Below, piece by piece: positions 39,016 through 47,683 of a DNA stretch of 64,000 nucleotides (its first letter is position 1; each line of letters starts with the position of its first letter). Under the pieces are notes generated by a model. That model searched no databases. It worked only from the letters and a program-made list of their open reading frames with translations, and had not been told where the DNA came from. The position numbers and the translations under genes are program-made. The stretch is from an uncultured Erysipelotrichaceae bacterium (GTDB lineage: Bacteria > Bacillota_I > Bacilli_A > Erysipelotrichales > Erysipelotrichaceae): assembly GCA_949289855.1 (NCBI GenBank), contig CASEPS010000003.1, forward strand, positions 6,587 to 70,586. Reading direction: 5' to 3'.

Positions 39016-40655
39016 TCAGACATCTGTATATTAAAAACTTTGTATTGATTGATGAGCTGAATCTCGATTTTGAAGAAGGATTCAGCGCCTTTACTGGTGA
39101 AACAGGTGCTGGCAAATCCATCCTGATCGATGCGATTTCTCTGCTTTGTGCAGAGCGGGCCAGCGCCTCTTTTATCATGAAAGGAAAAGATAAAGCCATT
39201 ATTGAGGGTACATTCACCTTCAATAAGAATTCCCATGCGGCACGTGTATTGGAAGAAGCAGGTTTTGAATTAGAGGAGGAAACGACATTTACACGTGAAC
39301 TGCATGCATCTAACAAAAGTGTTACCCGTATTGATCACAGGGTTGTGACCTTGTCTCTTTTGCGGGAAGCTTTGCAGGATGAAATCGACATCCATGGTCA
39401 GCGGGACAATGCCTATCTTCTCAAGGACAGTCTGCATATTCATCTGTTGGACAGATATCTGCAGGATGATGAATTGTTACGTGAAGTGCGTACAAAATAT
39501 GATGTATTGCGCCGCCTGCAAAAGGAAAAAGAGGAGGCATTAAACAGCACCTATAACGAAAATGATCTGAGTTACTTTTCTTACCAGATCAAAGAAATAG
39601 AAGAAGCAGACCTTACACCAGGTGAAGATGAACAGCTGGAAGCGAAAGAAAGACAGTACAAGGCAGTCAAAGACTCTTATGACAAGCTCAATGCCATCTT
39701 TACAACTTATGATGAAGAAGTTTCGGGTGGTCTCTATAACATGTTGCGGGCTATTGAATCCCTGAAGGCAGATGAAGAGATGGAAAAGGTGCAGTCAGCT
39801 TTCAGCGATGCCTATTACAACATGGTAGATGCTTTGGAAACGCTTGGAAACATGCGTGCTGCATTGGATATGTCAGAAGATGAGATCAATGCCATGGAAG
39901 AGCGTCTCTATACGATACAGAAGCTCAAGCGGAAGTATGGCCGAACCATTGAAGACATCCTGACCAAAAAGGATGAATTGCAGCAGCAGGTGGATATGTT
40001 TGCCCATAAGCAGGAATATCTTGACAGGATTGACAAAGAGATTTCAGCTGCCCAAAAGGCATATGATGCATGTGCAAAGAAACTGCATGATGTGCGCACA
40101 AAGGGATGTAGAAAGCTCGATGAAGAAGTGATGGTTCATCTAAAAGAGCTGATGCTGCCAAATGCAAGATTCAAGACTTCCATTACTGAAGGCAAACCAT
40201 CAGTGAATGGTAGTGACAAGGTTGAGTTCCTGATTTCCATGAATAAAGGTGAAGATCTCAAACCACTTTCCAAAACGGCTTCTGGTGGTGAACTATCAAG
40301 ACTCATGCTTGGACTCAAAGTCATCTTTACAAGACTGCAGGGGATTGAGACCGTCATCTTTGATGAAATTGATACTGGTGTCAGCGGTCCTGTCGCAACA
40401 TCCATCGGTAAGGAAATGCGGGCTTTATCCAAAACATGTCAGGTGTTTGCGGTTACCCATCTTGCTCCGGTCGCAAGTTGTGCTGACACGCAATATCTTG
40501 TTTCCAAAGCAAGTGATGAAACAGATACAAGAACAACTGTGACGCAGCTCAATGAGGATGGCAGAATCCGTCAGCTTGCCCTGATTTCTTCTGGTGAGAT
40601 AACAGAAGCTTCTTTGCAGGCCGCAAGAGAACTGTTTGAAAGGAACAGAAGCTGA
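39012..40655 (+). CDS. recN: DNA repair protein RecN
   Basis: TGETGAGKS, ASGGELSRLML, FDEIDTGVSG and VTHLAPVA motifs. Confidence 0.96.
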   Translation: MIRHLYIKNFVLIDELNLDFEEGFSAFTGETGAGKSILIDAISLLCAERASASFIMKGKDKAIIEGTFTFNKNSHAARVLEEAGFELEEETTFTRELHASNKSVTRIDHRVVTLSLLREALQDEIDIHGQRDNAYLLKDSLHIHLLDRYLQDDELLREVRTKYDVLRRLQKEKEEALNSTYNENDLSYFSYQIKEIEEADLTPGEDEQLEAKERQYKAVKDSYDKLNAIFTTYDEEVSGGLYNMLRAIESLKADEEMEKVQSAFSDAYYNMVDALETLGNMRAALDMSEDEINAMEERLYTIQKLKRKYGRTIEDILTKKDELQQQVDMFAHKQEYLDRIDKEISAAQKAYDACAKKLHDVRTKGCRKLDEEVMVHLKELMLPNARFKTSITEGKPSVNGSDKVEFLISMNKGEDLKPLSKTASGGELSRLMLGLKVIFTRLQGIETVIFDEIDTGVSGPVATSIGKEMRALSKTCQVFAVTHLAPVASCADTQYLVSKASDETDTRTTVTQLNEDGRIRQLALISSGEITEASLQAARELFERNRS

Positions 40656-41827
40656 TGGCAAGGGTGTACTTTCATATTGATATGAACGCCTTCTTTGTCA
40701 ACGCAGAGATCCTTCTTGATCCTTCCCTCAAAGGCAAGCCAGTAGCGGTTTCCGGCACAACAAGAAGAAGTGTTGTCAGCACGGCTTCGTATGAAGCACG
40801 TGCTTTTGGTGTTCATAGTGCCCAGCCGATTCAGGAAGCCATAAAACTCTGTCCAGACCTTGTCATTGTTTCTGGTCATTATCAGTATTACCGTGAACTG
40901 TCCGAACAGTTCATGAATATTGTGAAGCGTTATACTTCAGAAATCGAACAGGCTAGTATTGATGAATGCTATGCGGATGTGACAGATACCATTATGAAGC
41001 TTCAAAGACCACTGGACCTTGCGGTGAGAATTCAAAAAGAAATACTGACAGAACTTGGCCTGCCATGTTCCATAGGGGTAGGACCGAATATGTTTCTTGC
41101 CAAGATGGCAAGTGATATGAAGAAGCCGATGGGTATTACGGTATTGCGCATCCGTGATGTAAAAGACAAGATGTGGCCATTGCCCATTGGGGATATGCGT
41201 GGGGTTGGCAAAAAGACAGAACCATTACTGCTTGCTTTAGGTATTAAAACTATTGGGGATCTTGCGCATTACAAGGATATGACAAAGCTGGAAAAGATCT
41301 TTGGCAAGAATACAGAGTTTATGATGAAACGGGCACATGGATATGATGAACGTGAAATTGTCAAAGAATGGGATGCAAAGTCAATGGGTGTTTCAGAAAC
41401 ACTGCTGGAAGATGTAACGGATTATGAAGAACTCAGAGGCCTTTACAGAACGCTTTCCAGAAAACTTTCCCAGCGGATGAAGAAGGACAGAAAGCTTGGC
41501 ACTACGTTGTCTATCCGTATCAAGTATTTTGACTTCCGCAATGTTGACAGAAGCATACGCCTGGATCAACCGATCTGGAGAGGGGAGGACATCCTCGATA
41601 AGGCGATGGAATTGTTCGATGATAACTGGGATGGAGAACCGGTCAGACTGGCTGGTATTTCCCTTTCAGGCTTGAAGAATGGGGATGAACTTGTCACACA
41701 GCTCAATCTCTTTAACAATCCGGAAGAAGATAAACGGGAAACAGCATTTGTCTTGCAGGACCTTAACCGCCAGTTATCCGGAAAGGTATTCAGAAGGGCA
41801 AGTGACCTTCTCAAGGATAAATCATGA
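40655..41827 (+). CDS. dinB: DNA polymerase IV
   Basis: HIDMNAFF, STASYEARAFGV, SIDECY and AKMASDMKKPMG motifs. Confidence 0.95.
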   Translation: MARVYFHIDMNAFFVNAEILLDPSLKGKPVAVSGTTRRSVVSTASYEARAFGVHSAQPIQEAIKLCPDLVIVSGHYQYYRELSEQFMNIVKRYTSEIEQASIDECYADVTDTIMKLQRPLDLAVRIQKEILTELGLPCSIGVGPNMFLAKMASDMKKPMGITVLRIRDVKDKMWPLPIGDMRGVGKKTEPLLLALGIKTIGDLAHYKDMTKLEKIFGKNTEFMMKRAHGYDEREIVKEWDAKSMGVSETLLEDVTDYEELRGLYRTLSRKLSQRMKKDRKLGTTLSIRIKYFDFRNVDRSIRLDQPIWRGEDILDKAMELFDDNWDGEPVRLAGISLSGLKNGDELVTQLNLFNNPEEDKRETAFVLQDLNRQLSGKVFRRASDLLKDKS

Positions 41828-42759
41828 AACTGGAAAAAGCATTGAAGCAGTACCTTGTACAGCAGAATATCAATGATGGCAAAAGTGAGAATACAATTGA
41901 GGCCTACAGCAGCGATTTAAGGCAATATACGGGCTTTCTGCAAAAGAATGGTATAGATGATACAGAAGATATCATTTATGCCTATATCGATGATTTTATG
42001 CATCAGCAATCCAAATCAAAATCATCCGCTTCTCTTTCCCGTATGGCGGCAGCTATCCGTTCTTTTCACCAGTTTCTTGCCTTTATGTATGATGAAACAG
42101 ATCCAAGTTTAAACCTGCAGGTAAGACAGGCAGAACACAGACTTCCTGTATTCTGTACAAAAGAAGAAATTGCAAGACTCATGGCTTCATTTGATGATCA
42201 TGACCCGGAACAACTCTTACAGCATACGATTCTTGAGCTCATCTATTCCTGTGGCTTAAGAGTCTCGGAAGCAGTGAATCTTGAGATAAACAGAGTGGAC
42301 ATCACTTCTGGCAAGTTAAGGGTTCTTGGTAAAGGCAACAAGGAAAGAATTGTACCAATTCCTTCTGGTACAATTCCACTATTAAAGAACTACATATCCA
42401 AAGCCAGATCAATATTCCTCAAACAGAATACAAACCTGTTCTTCATCAACAGGTTTGGCCGTAAGGTAACACCACAATCTGTGGAACTTCTGTTACAGAG
42501 AAAATGCAACGAACTCAATTTCAAGAAACATATCACACCACATAAGTTAAGACATTCCTATGCCACACATATGTTACAGGGAGGTGCAGACCTCAGAAGT
42601 ATTCAGGAAATGTTAGGACATTCCGACATACAGACAACTGAGATCTATACCCATGTACAAAACCAGCAAATGTTTACAGCTTATGAGAAGTTTCATCCAG
42701 GTGAAATGGATGACACAATTGATAATATTGTTGTCAGTAAAAAGTCAAAAAGTAAATGA
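41824..42759 (+). CDS. xerD: XerD-like chromosomal tyrosine recombinase
   Basis: SENTIEAYSSDL, CGLRVSE (Arg), GKGNKERIVP (Lys), HKLRHSYATH (HxxR), QEMLGHSDIQTTEIY (Tyr); cotranscribed with recN-dinB. XerC versus XerD identity is not certain. Confidence 0.85.
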   Translation: MKLEKALKQYLVQQNINDGKSENTIEAYSSDLRQYTGFLQKNGIDDTEDIIYAYIDDFMHQQSKSKSSASLSRMAAAIRSFHQFLAFMYDETDPSLNLQVRQAEHRLPVFCTKEEIARLMASFDDHDPEQLLQHTILELIYSCGLRVSEAVNLEINRVDITSGKLRVLGKGNKERIVPIPSGTIPLLKNYISKARSIFLKQNTNLFFINRFGRKVTPQSVELLLQRKCNELNFKKHITPHKLRHSYATHMLQGGADLRSIQEMLGHSDIQTTEIYTHVQNQQMFTAYEKFHPGEMDDTIDNIVVSKKSKSK

Positions 42760-42778
42760 TAATTGCATGCAATCTGAC

Positions 42779-42802
42779 AAGCCCTTGGAAACAAGGGTTT
42801 TC
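42779..42802 (+). terminator. Terminator of the nusB...xerD operon
   Basis: AAGCCCTTG-GAAA-CAAGGGTTT followed by TC/ATTT. Confidence 0.8.
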
Positions 42803-42810
42803 ATTTATAA

Positions 42811-42838
42811 ATATTGCATAACATACATTATGCGAAGT
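42811..42838 (-). other. dif-like 28-bp chromosome dimer resolution site
   Basis: Minus strand ACTTCGCATAA-TGTATG-TTATGCAATAT: 11-6-11 layout, resembling B. subtilis ACTTCCTAGAA-TATATA-TTATGTAAACT and E. coli GGTGCGCATAA-TGTATA-TTATGTTAAAT; lies at the gene-orientation switch. Confidence 0.85.
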
Positions 42839-42884
42839 AGAATATCGCTAGTGATGTTATGCATTTTTTTCTGTTTTCATTATA

Positions 42885-42910
42885 AAAACATGCAGTTTTT
42901 CAACTGCATG
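42885..42910 (-). terminator. Terminator of the minus-strand ybjQ-like gene
   Basis: Minus strand CATGCAGTT-GAAA-AACTGCATG followed by TTTT. Confidence 0.8.
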
Positions 42911-42913
42911 CAA

Positions 42914-43525
42914 TTATTCTTCTTCATCGATGACAACACTTGTTCCTGTTGCTGTGATGCCTATCATAGAGCCACAAAAGTTTTCATGTTCAATACGGAC
43001 TCCAACAATGGCGTTACCTTGTAACATCACAGCTTTTTCCTTCATCCTGGCTATTGCTATATTTTCTGCATAAGCCAGTTTATCTCGATATAACGTCGAT
43101 TCTGTGCCAGTAAAGTCCGCAAAACCTGCCGCAAAATCACTGACGAAGCCTGTACCAACAACAGTATGACCAGAGACGATACCACAGTACTTTCTGATTG
43201 GTTTTCCTTCAATGGTATTGGTCGTAGTTAACAGGATTGCTGAACAATCTTCTTGTTTCCTGACTTCTTTACGCTTGCCGTTGAAATGGTTCTTGATGTC
43301 ATCTATGACAGCCTGTGGGAAATTGTTCTGTTGTGCTTTTTCAATTGTCTGCTTTTCATCCGCATCGATTGCTTCAAGAGTTGTGTACTTTTGGGATATG
43401 CGGAATGGCTTGAGCTTCTCAAGACATTCAGAACATAGAATTGTATATACACCAATCTGGTTTGGAATATTTGTAATTCCGTTTGGCTTCTTTCCACATA
43501 CGCTGCATATTGCTTTTGCTGACAT
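42914..43525 (-). CDS. YbjQ/UPF0145 heavy-metal-binding domain protein with N-terminal Zn-ribbon-like region
   Basis: C-terminal LLTTTNTIEGKPIRKYCGIVSG...GNAIVGV...TATGTSV; N-terminal CSVC and CSEC; start reassigned to MSAKA. Confidence 0.8.
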   Translation of the reverse strand: MSAKAICSVCGKKPNGITNIPNQIGVYTILCSECLEKLKPFRISQKYTTLEAIDADEKQTIEKAQQNNFPQAVIDDIKNHFNGKRKEVRKQEDCSAILLTTTNTIEGKPIRKYCGIVSGHTVVGTGFVSDFAAGFADFTGTESTLYRDKLAYAENIAIARMKEKAVMLQGNAIVGVRIEHENFCGSMIGITATGTSVVIDEEE

Positions 43526-43559
43526 ATTCCCTTCTCTCCTTTTGTGAATCAAATCACAT

Positions 43560-43871
43560 TTATTCAGCTGGTTGTAAGAGTATGATGGCATATACAGTGT
43601 TGATCTGCATTGGCCAGCTTTCCGCTATTTTGCCATCACAGAATACTTTCACTTCATCGCCAATGTTGAAGTGCGTCATACTGTCCCCGTTTTCTACGTC
43701 GATTGATACACTATACTCCCCTTTGTTGTTTTCAATGAGTATTCTGTCTTTCCTTGTTTCAATGACTGTACCTTCAATACCCGGCTCATGTTCAATGATG
43801 TAATTCATATCCCTTGAACATCCTGTTAACAGTATTGATGATAACAGGATAGTCTTACTCAGTTTTCCCAT
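43560..43871 (-). CDS. Small lipoprotein, YobA/DUF3221-like OB-fold
   Basis: Lipobox LLTGC; IGDEVKVFCDGKIAESWPMQI motif. Confidence 0.75.
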   Translation of the reverse strand: MGKLSKTILLSSILLTGCSRDMNYIIEHEPGIEGTVIETRKDRILIENNKGEYSVSIDVENGDSMTHFNIGDEVKVFCDGKIAESWPMQINTVYAIILLQPAE

Positions 43872-44779
43872 GGCAATCTTATCCCATTGATTCCGATAAC
43901 AAACGTGTTTTCTGCCTGCTTATAGGTTGGATAAGCATCGGCTTTATGGATGGTGAGTCCTTCAACAGAGTAGTCTTTATTAGTATTACAAACCCCTTTG
44001 AGAACATACTGCACAGCGTCATATGTTATCGTATTGCCTTCTGGTTCTGCTGGTGAAGTATCCAGTGGTTTATTTACATCGATGCCATAGAATGACAAGA
44101 GCTTTGCTGTTGCGGGATAACAGTGACTGAATGACTTACGGAATGCTGTGCAATAGTCACATTCACATTGTTCTGTATCTTCTTTGTACCACGCTGCTGT
44201 TTCTTCTATTTGTGTATTGAGAAACAGTTCTGGTTCTATCATCCAGTGACTGGTCACATTGCGGTAATGTTCATAAACCGGGTGTTCACCATTCAGGTTC
44301 ATCTGGTACATGCGGAAGTTGACCAGGAAATCTTTTGGCATCCAGTTCTCTTCATATGTATAACAGTATTGCATGCCAAGCTTCTGCATGATCCTGCCAC
44401 TTGCAGGGTTCAATGCATCATGGGTAGCAGTGATGTATGGCTGTCCTTCTTCTTTGAGTACAGCAATAAGCGCATTTGCTGCCTCTGTCACATAGCCTTT
44501 GTTCTGGTATGGTTTAAGTATGGCATAGCCAAGGTCATATGGTTCTTTACAGGACAAATTGACATAACCAATGGGAATATTATCTTCCTTCATGCAGATG
44601 GCATATTGTCTGTTCTTTTGTGGATCGCAATGTTTCTCAAACCAGGTTTCTGCTTCTTCCATATCCTTCAATGGATACCATGGCAGGAAACGGTTGATGT
44701 CAGAGCTGCTGTAAATGATGAAAAATGCCTGAAGATCTTCTTTTGTAAATGGTCTGATGATGAGTCTTTCTGTAATCAT
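43859..44779 (-). CDS. RimJ/RimL-type GNAT acetyltransferase fused to a Cys-rich (CxCxxC) domain
   Basis: ITERLIIRPF, LGYAILKPYQNKGY and NPASGRIMQKLGM motifs; C-terminal QCECDYC domain. Confidence 0.8.
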   Translation of the reverse strand: MITERLIIRPFTKEDLQAFFIIYSSSDINRFLPWYPLKDMEEAETWFEKHCDPQKNRQYAICMKEDNIPIGYVNLSCKEPYDLGYAILKPYQNKGYVTEAANALIAVLKEEGQPYITATHDALNPASGRIMQKLGMQYCYTYEENWMPKDFLVNFRMYQMNLNGEHPVYEHYRNVTSHWMIEPELFLNTQIEETAAWYKEDTEQCECDYCTAFRKSFSHCYPATAKLLSFYGIDVNKPLDTSPAEPEGNTITYDAVQYVLKGVCNTNKDYSVEGLTIHKADAYPTYKQAENTFVIGINGIRLPWEN

Positions 44780-44804
44780 AGTATTCTCCTGTATTCATCA
44801 TAAC

Positions 44805-44835
44805 AAAAAAGATCATCGTTGTGTGATGACCTTTA
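44805..44835 (-). terminator. Terminator after hup
   Basis: Minus strand AAAGGTCATC-acacaac-GATGATCTTT-TTT. Confidence 0.7.
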
Positions 44836-44840
44836 TGAGG

Positions 44841-45122
44841 TTATCTGACTTTGTCCTTGAGACTCTTGGAAGCCTTGAAGCCAGGAATCTTAGTTGCTTC
44901 AATGTTGATTTCTTCACCAGTCTGTGGGTTGACACCTTTGCGGGCAGCTCTTGTCTTGACTTCGAATCTGCCAAAACCAGTAATATCTACGCGGTCACCT
45001 CTGACAAGTGCTTCGCTCATGGAATCAAACAATGTATCAATGATTTCAAGAGCATCTTTCTTTGTCATTTTGAAATTGTCAGAAAGTGTTTCCGCAAGCA
45101 TTTTTTTGTTTGTGATATTCAT
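44841..45122 (-). CDS. hup: Histone-like DNA-binding protein HU
   Basis: GFGRFEVKTRAARKGVNPQTGEEINIEA...PGFKASKSLKD. Confidence 0.96.
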   Translation of the reverse strand: MNITNKKMLAETLSDNFKMTKKDALEIIDTLFDSMSEALVRGDRVDITGFGRFEVKTRAARKGVNPQTGEEINIEATKIPGFKASKSLKDKVR

Positions 45123-45207
45123 TATAAAACCTCCGAACAGGCACTATATTACTATACTCACGGATGGTGAAGCAAGCAAAATATAGCGTAGAACAATGAA
45201 ATATCTG

Positions 45208-46158
45208 TTATGCATGTATTGCTTTGTGCAGCTCGATGAGAATGGCTTCAATATCCTCTTTCGTAAGATTTTTGACACCACTTGCATTCGGATGTCCACC
45301 ACCATTAAACTGCTGGGCAATTTCATTGATGATGACATGTTTGGAACGCAATGAACCGTGGTAAAGCCCCGGGTGTTCATCACTTTCCGTAAAGATGGCC
45401 CAGACTTCAAATTCCCGGACATGTCCCAGTTCATCAATATAATTTCTTGCCTGTCCACCTGTCATATGCCACTTTGCAAGGTCTTCCTTTGTAAAGATGG
45501 CATAGGCAATACCATCTTCAAAAGTGACCTTGCTGCGGAGTGCATTCTGAAAGGTAAATACAGCATACGGAACATCAAACAGGTCTCTATTGACATCTGC
45601 GACATCAATTCCCTTAGAAACCAGATAAGCGCCTGTTTCAATGGTATGTGACGTTGTGTTATTTGTCCTGTAACAAAGCGTATCTGTCAGGATACCACGA
45701 TACAGGTATAATGCCGTATCAAAGCTGATGAAATAGTCCTCTTCAAATGTTTTGAAGAAATCGGTGAGAATTTCACATGTAGCTGCTGCCAGAGGATTGA
45801 CAATACATGGATCACCATATGGTTCGCGATTTGGATGATGGTCTACCTTGATGAGGCGTTTTGCACTTGTAGCACGGGCATCATCAATACGGGCTGTATT
45901 TGCTGTATCGAGGACTATGGCAGTGCTGTTTGCGATGACTTCATCTGAAACAACATCACCAACAAGAAAATCACACTGGGTTGTGGATTCATAGCCCAAA
46001 GCATAGACTTTCTTTTCCGGGAAGTTATCTTTGATCCATGAATAGAGCCCCCATTGTGAACCTAGGGCATCACAATCAGGGTGTTCATGGCGGAAGATGG
46101 TGATGATGTCTGCTGTGGCAATCGCCTCAAGCAGTGTATCAAACATGGTATTTGTCAT
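45208..46158 (-). CDS. nrnA: DHH/DHHA1 oligoribonuclease / pAp phosphatase NrnA
   Basis: RHEHPDCDALGSQ, LDTAN, VDHHP, GILTDT and GGGHPNASG motifs. Confidence 0.92.
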   Translation of the reverse strand: MTNTMFDTLLEAIATADIITIFRHEHPDCDALGSQWGLYSWIKDNFPEKKVYALGYESTTQCDFLVGDVVSDEVIANSTAIVLDTANTARIDDARATSAKRLIKVDHHPNREPYGDPCIVNPLAAATCEILTDFFKTFEEDYFISFDTALYLYRGILTDTLCYRTNNTTSHTIETGAYLVSKGIDVADVNRDLFDVPYAVFTFQNALRSKVTFEDGIAYAIFTKEDLAKWHMTGGQARNYIDELGHVREFEVWAIFTESDEHPGLYHGSLRSKHVIINEIAQQFNGGGHPNASGVKNLTKEDIEAILIELHKAIHA

Positions 46159-47354
46159 TACAGATGTAACAGTGATGCCGTGTCACGGGCAATCATCAGT
46201 TCCTCATTTGTCGGAATGACCCATACCTGTACTTTGCTGTCAGGTCTTGAAATCAAAGCTTCTTTGCCACGGATTGTGCTGTTGAGTTCATAATCAATGG
46301 AAAGCCCCATCGCTTCTTCAAGACCCTTGAGAATTCTCTCTCTGATTTCGCTGTCGTTTTCACCAAGTCCTGCTGTAAAGGCAATTGCATCAACATGACC
46401 AAGCTGTGCATAATAGCCACCTGCCACATTGACCACGCGATTTGTGTAAACGTCTACTGTCAGGATTGCACGCTCATTACCTTCATGTACGGCAGCCTGG
46501 ATATCACGGGCATCAGAGGAAATTCCAGAAAGACCGAGCATACCGGACTTCTTGTTGAGGATCGTATCCATTTCATCCGGTGTAAGATTTAGTTTCTTCA
46601 TCATGTAGAAGACAACCGTTGGATCGATATCACCACATCTTGTGCCCATCATAATGCCACCAAGTGGTGTAAGACCCATGGATGTATTGACTACCCTGCC
46701 ATTGCGGATAGCAGTAATGGAAGCACCATTACCAAGATGGCAGGTGAGCATATTCAATGTATTGACATCTTTTCCCATCAGTTCAGCAGTACGTCTGTTG
46801 ACATAGTAATGGGATGTGCCATGGGCACCATATCTTCTGATCTTATGGTCTGTATACCATTCATACGGTACCGGGAAAAGATATGATTCCGGTGTCATTG
46901 TCTGATGGAAAGCTGTATCAAAGACAAAGACATGTTTGATGGAAGGCAGTGCTTCTACAAAGGCACGATAGCATACAAGGTGGGCAGGATTGTGCAAAGG
47001 CGCAAGTTCTGCCAGTTCTTCTACCTTTTCGACAACACTTTCATCAACGACGACAGAGCTGTCAAAGTAGGAACCACCCTGGACAATACGGTGTCCTGCC
47101 GCATCAATTTCACTGAGGTCTTTGATAATACCATTATCAGTAAGGCTCTTGAGAAGCATTTCGACCGCTGCCTTATGGTCAGGAAGAGGCAGTTCAGCCG
47201 CCTTCTTCTCACCATTGTATTTGATGGTAAAAGCACCCATTTCCTGGCCGATTCTCTCGGCCTGTCCACTGCAGAGTACCGTTTCAGACGGCATGTCAAA
47301 CAACTGGAACTTCAGGGATGAAGATCCCGCATTCACTGAAATAATCTTGCTCAC
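46158..47354 (-). CDS. ackA: Acetate kinase
   Basis: NAGSSSLKFQ, GHRIVQGG, LAPLHNP, FDTAFH, GAHGTSH, CHLGNGAS and PTNEELMIAR motifs. Confidence 0.97.
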   Translation of the reverse strand: MSKIISVNAGSSSLKFQLFDMPSETVLCSGQAERIGQEMGAFTIKYNGEKKAAELPLPDHKAAVEMLLKSLTDNGIIKDLSEIDAAGHRIVQGGSYFDSSVVVDESVVEKVEELAELAPLHNPAHLVCYRAFVEALPSIKHVFVFDTAFHQTMTPESYLFPVPYEWYTDHKIRRYGAHGTSHYYVNRRTAELMGKDVNTLNMLTCHLGNGASITAIRNGRVVNTSMGLTPLGGIMMGTRCGDIDPTVVFYMMKKLNLTPDEMDTILNKKSGMLGLSGISSDARDIQAAVHEGNERAILTVDVYTNRVVNVAGGYYAQLGHVDAIAFTAGLGENDSEIRERILKGLEEAMGLSIDYELNSTIRGKEALISRPDSKVQVWVIPTNEELMIARDTASLLHL

Positions 47355-47683
47355 AATTTTCCTCCTTCAATTTCAGTATTGATACATTCCTGTATAAGTG
47401 CATCCATTGTCTCATCTGCGTTTGTACGCATCTGTTCATATAATGCCATACGTTTGTTAAATGAAGCGACAAGATGCAGTTTTTCTTCATAATTGGACAA
47501 TTCCTGACGGCATCTTTTCAATGCATCGGAAACCGCCGCCCGGGAGATACCTTCATTTTCAGCAATTTCTGCAAGTGAATAATCTTCCCGGTAATAATCT
47601 TCAAAGAAGCGTTTCTGTTTCTCAGTCAGTAAAGACCCATAGAAATCGAACAGTTCGTTATAGTCCTCGCGTTTACTGGACAC
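47351..47683 (-). CDS. ylxM: YlxM/UPF0122 sigma-like HTH protein
   Basis: LFDFYGSLLTEKQ...DYSLAEIAENEGISRAAVSD; GTG start 47683 after GGAGG. Confidence 0.9.
   Translation of the reverse strand: MSSKREDYNELFDFYGSLLTEKQKRFFEDYYREDYSLAEIAENEGISRAAVSDALKRCRQELSNYEEKLHLVASFNKRMALYEQMRTNADETMDALIQECINTEIEGGKL

Noticed and set aside
42808-42841. Resemblance to loxP (19 of 21 nt over ACTTCGxATAATGTATGxTAT), raising a vector-contamination worry
   Set aside because: Only about 23 of 34 positions match overall, the outer arms diverge, and the context is native; loxP and dif are known to be similar.
41824-44800. xerD as a prophage/ICE integrase, or the ybjQ-yobA-GNAT patch as an element integrated at dif
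   Set aside because: The recombinase is translationally coupled to recN-dinB, no phage or conjugation genes are present, and I found no second dif-like att site near 43530-43560 or 44780-44840.
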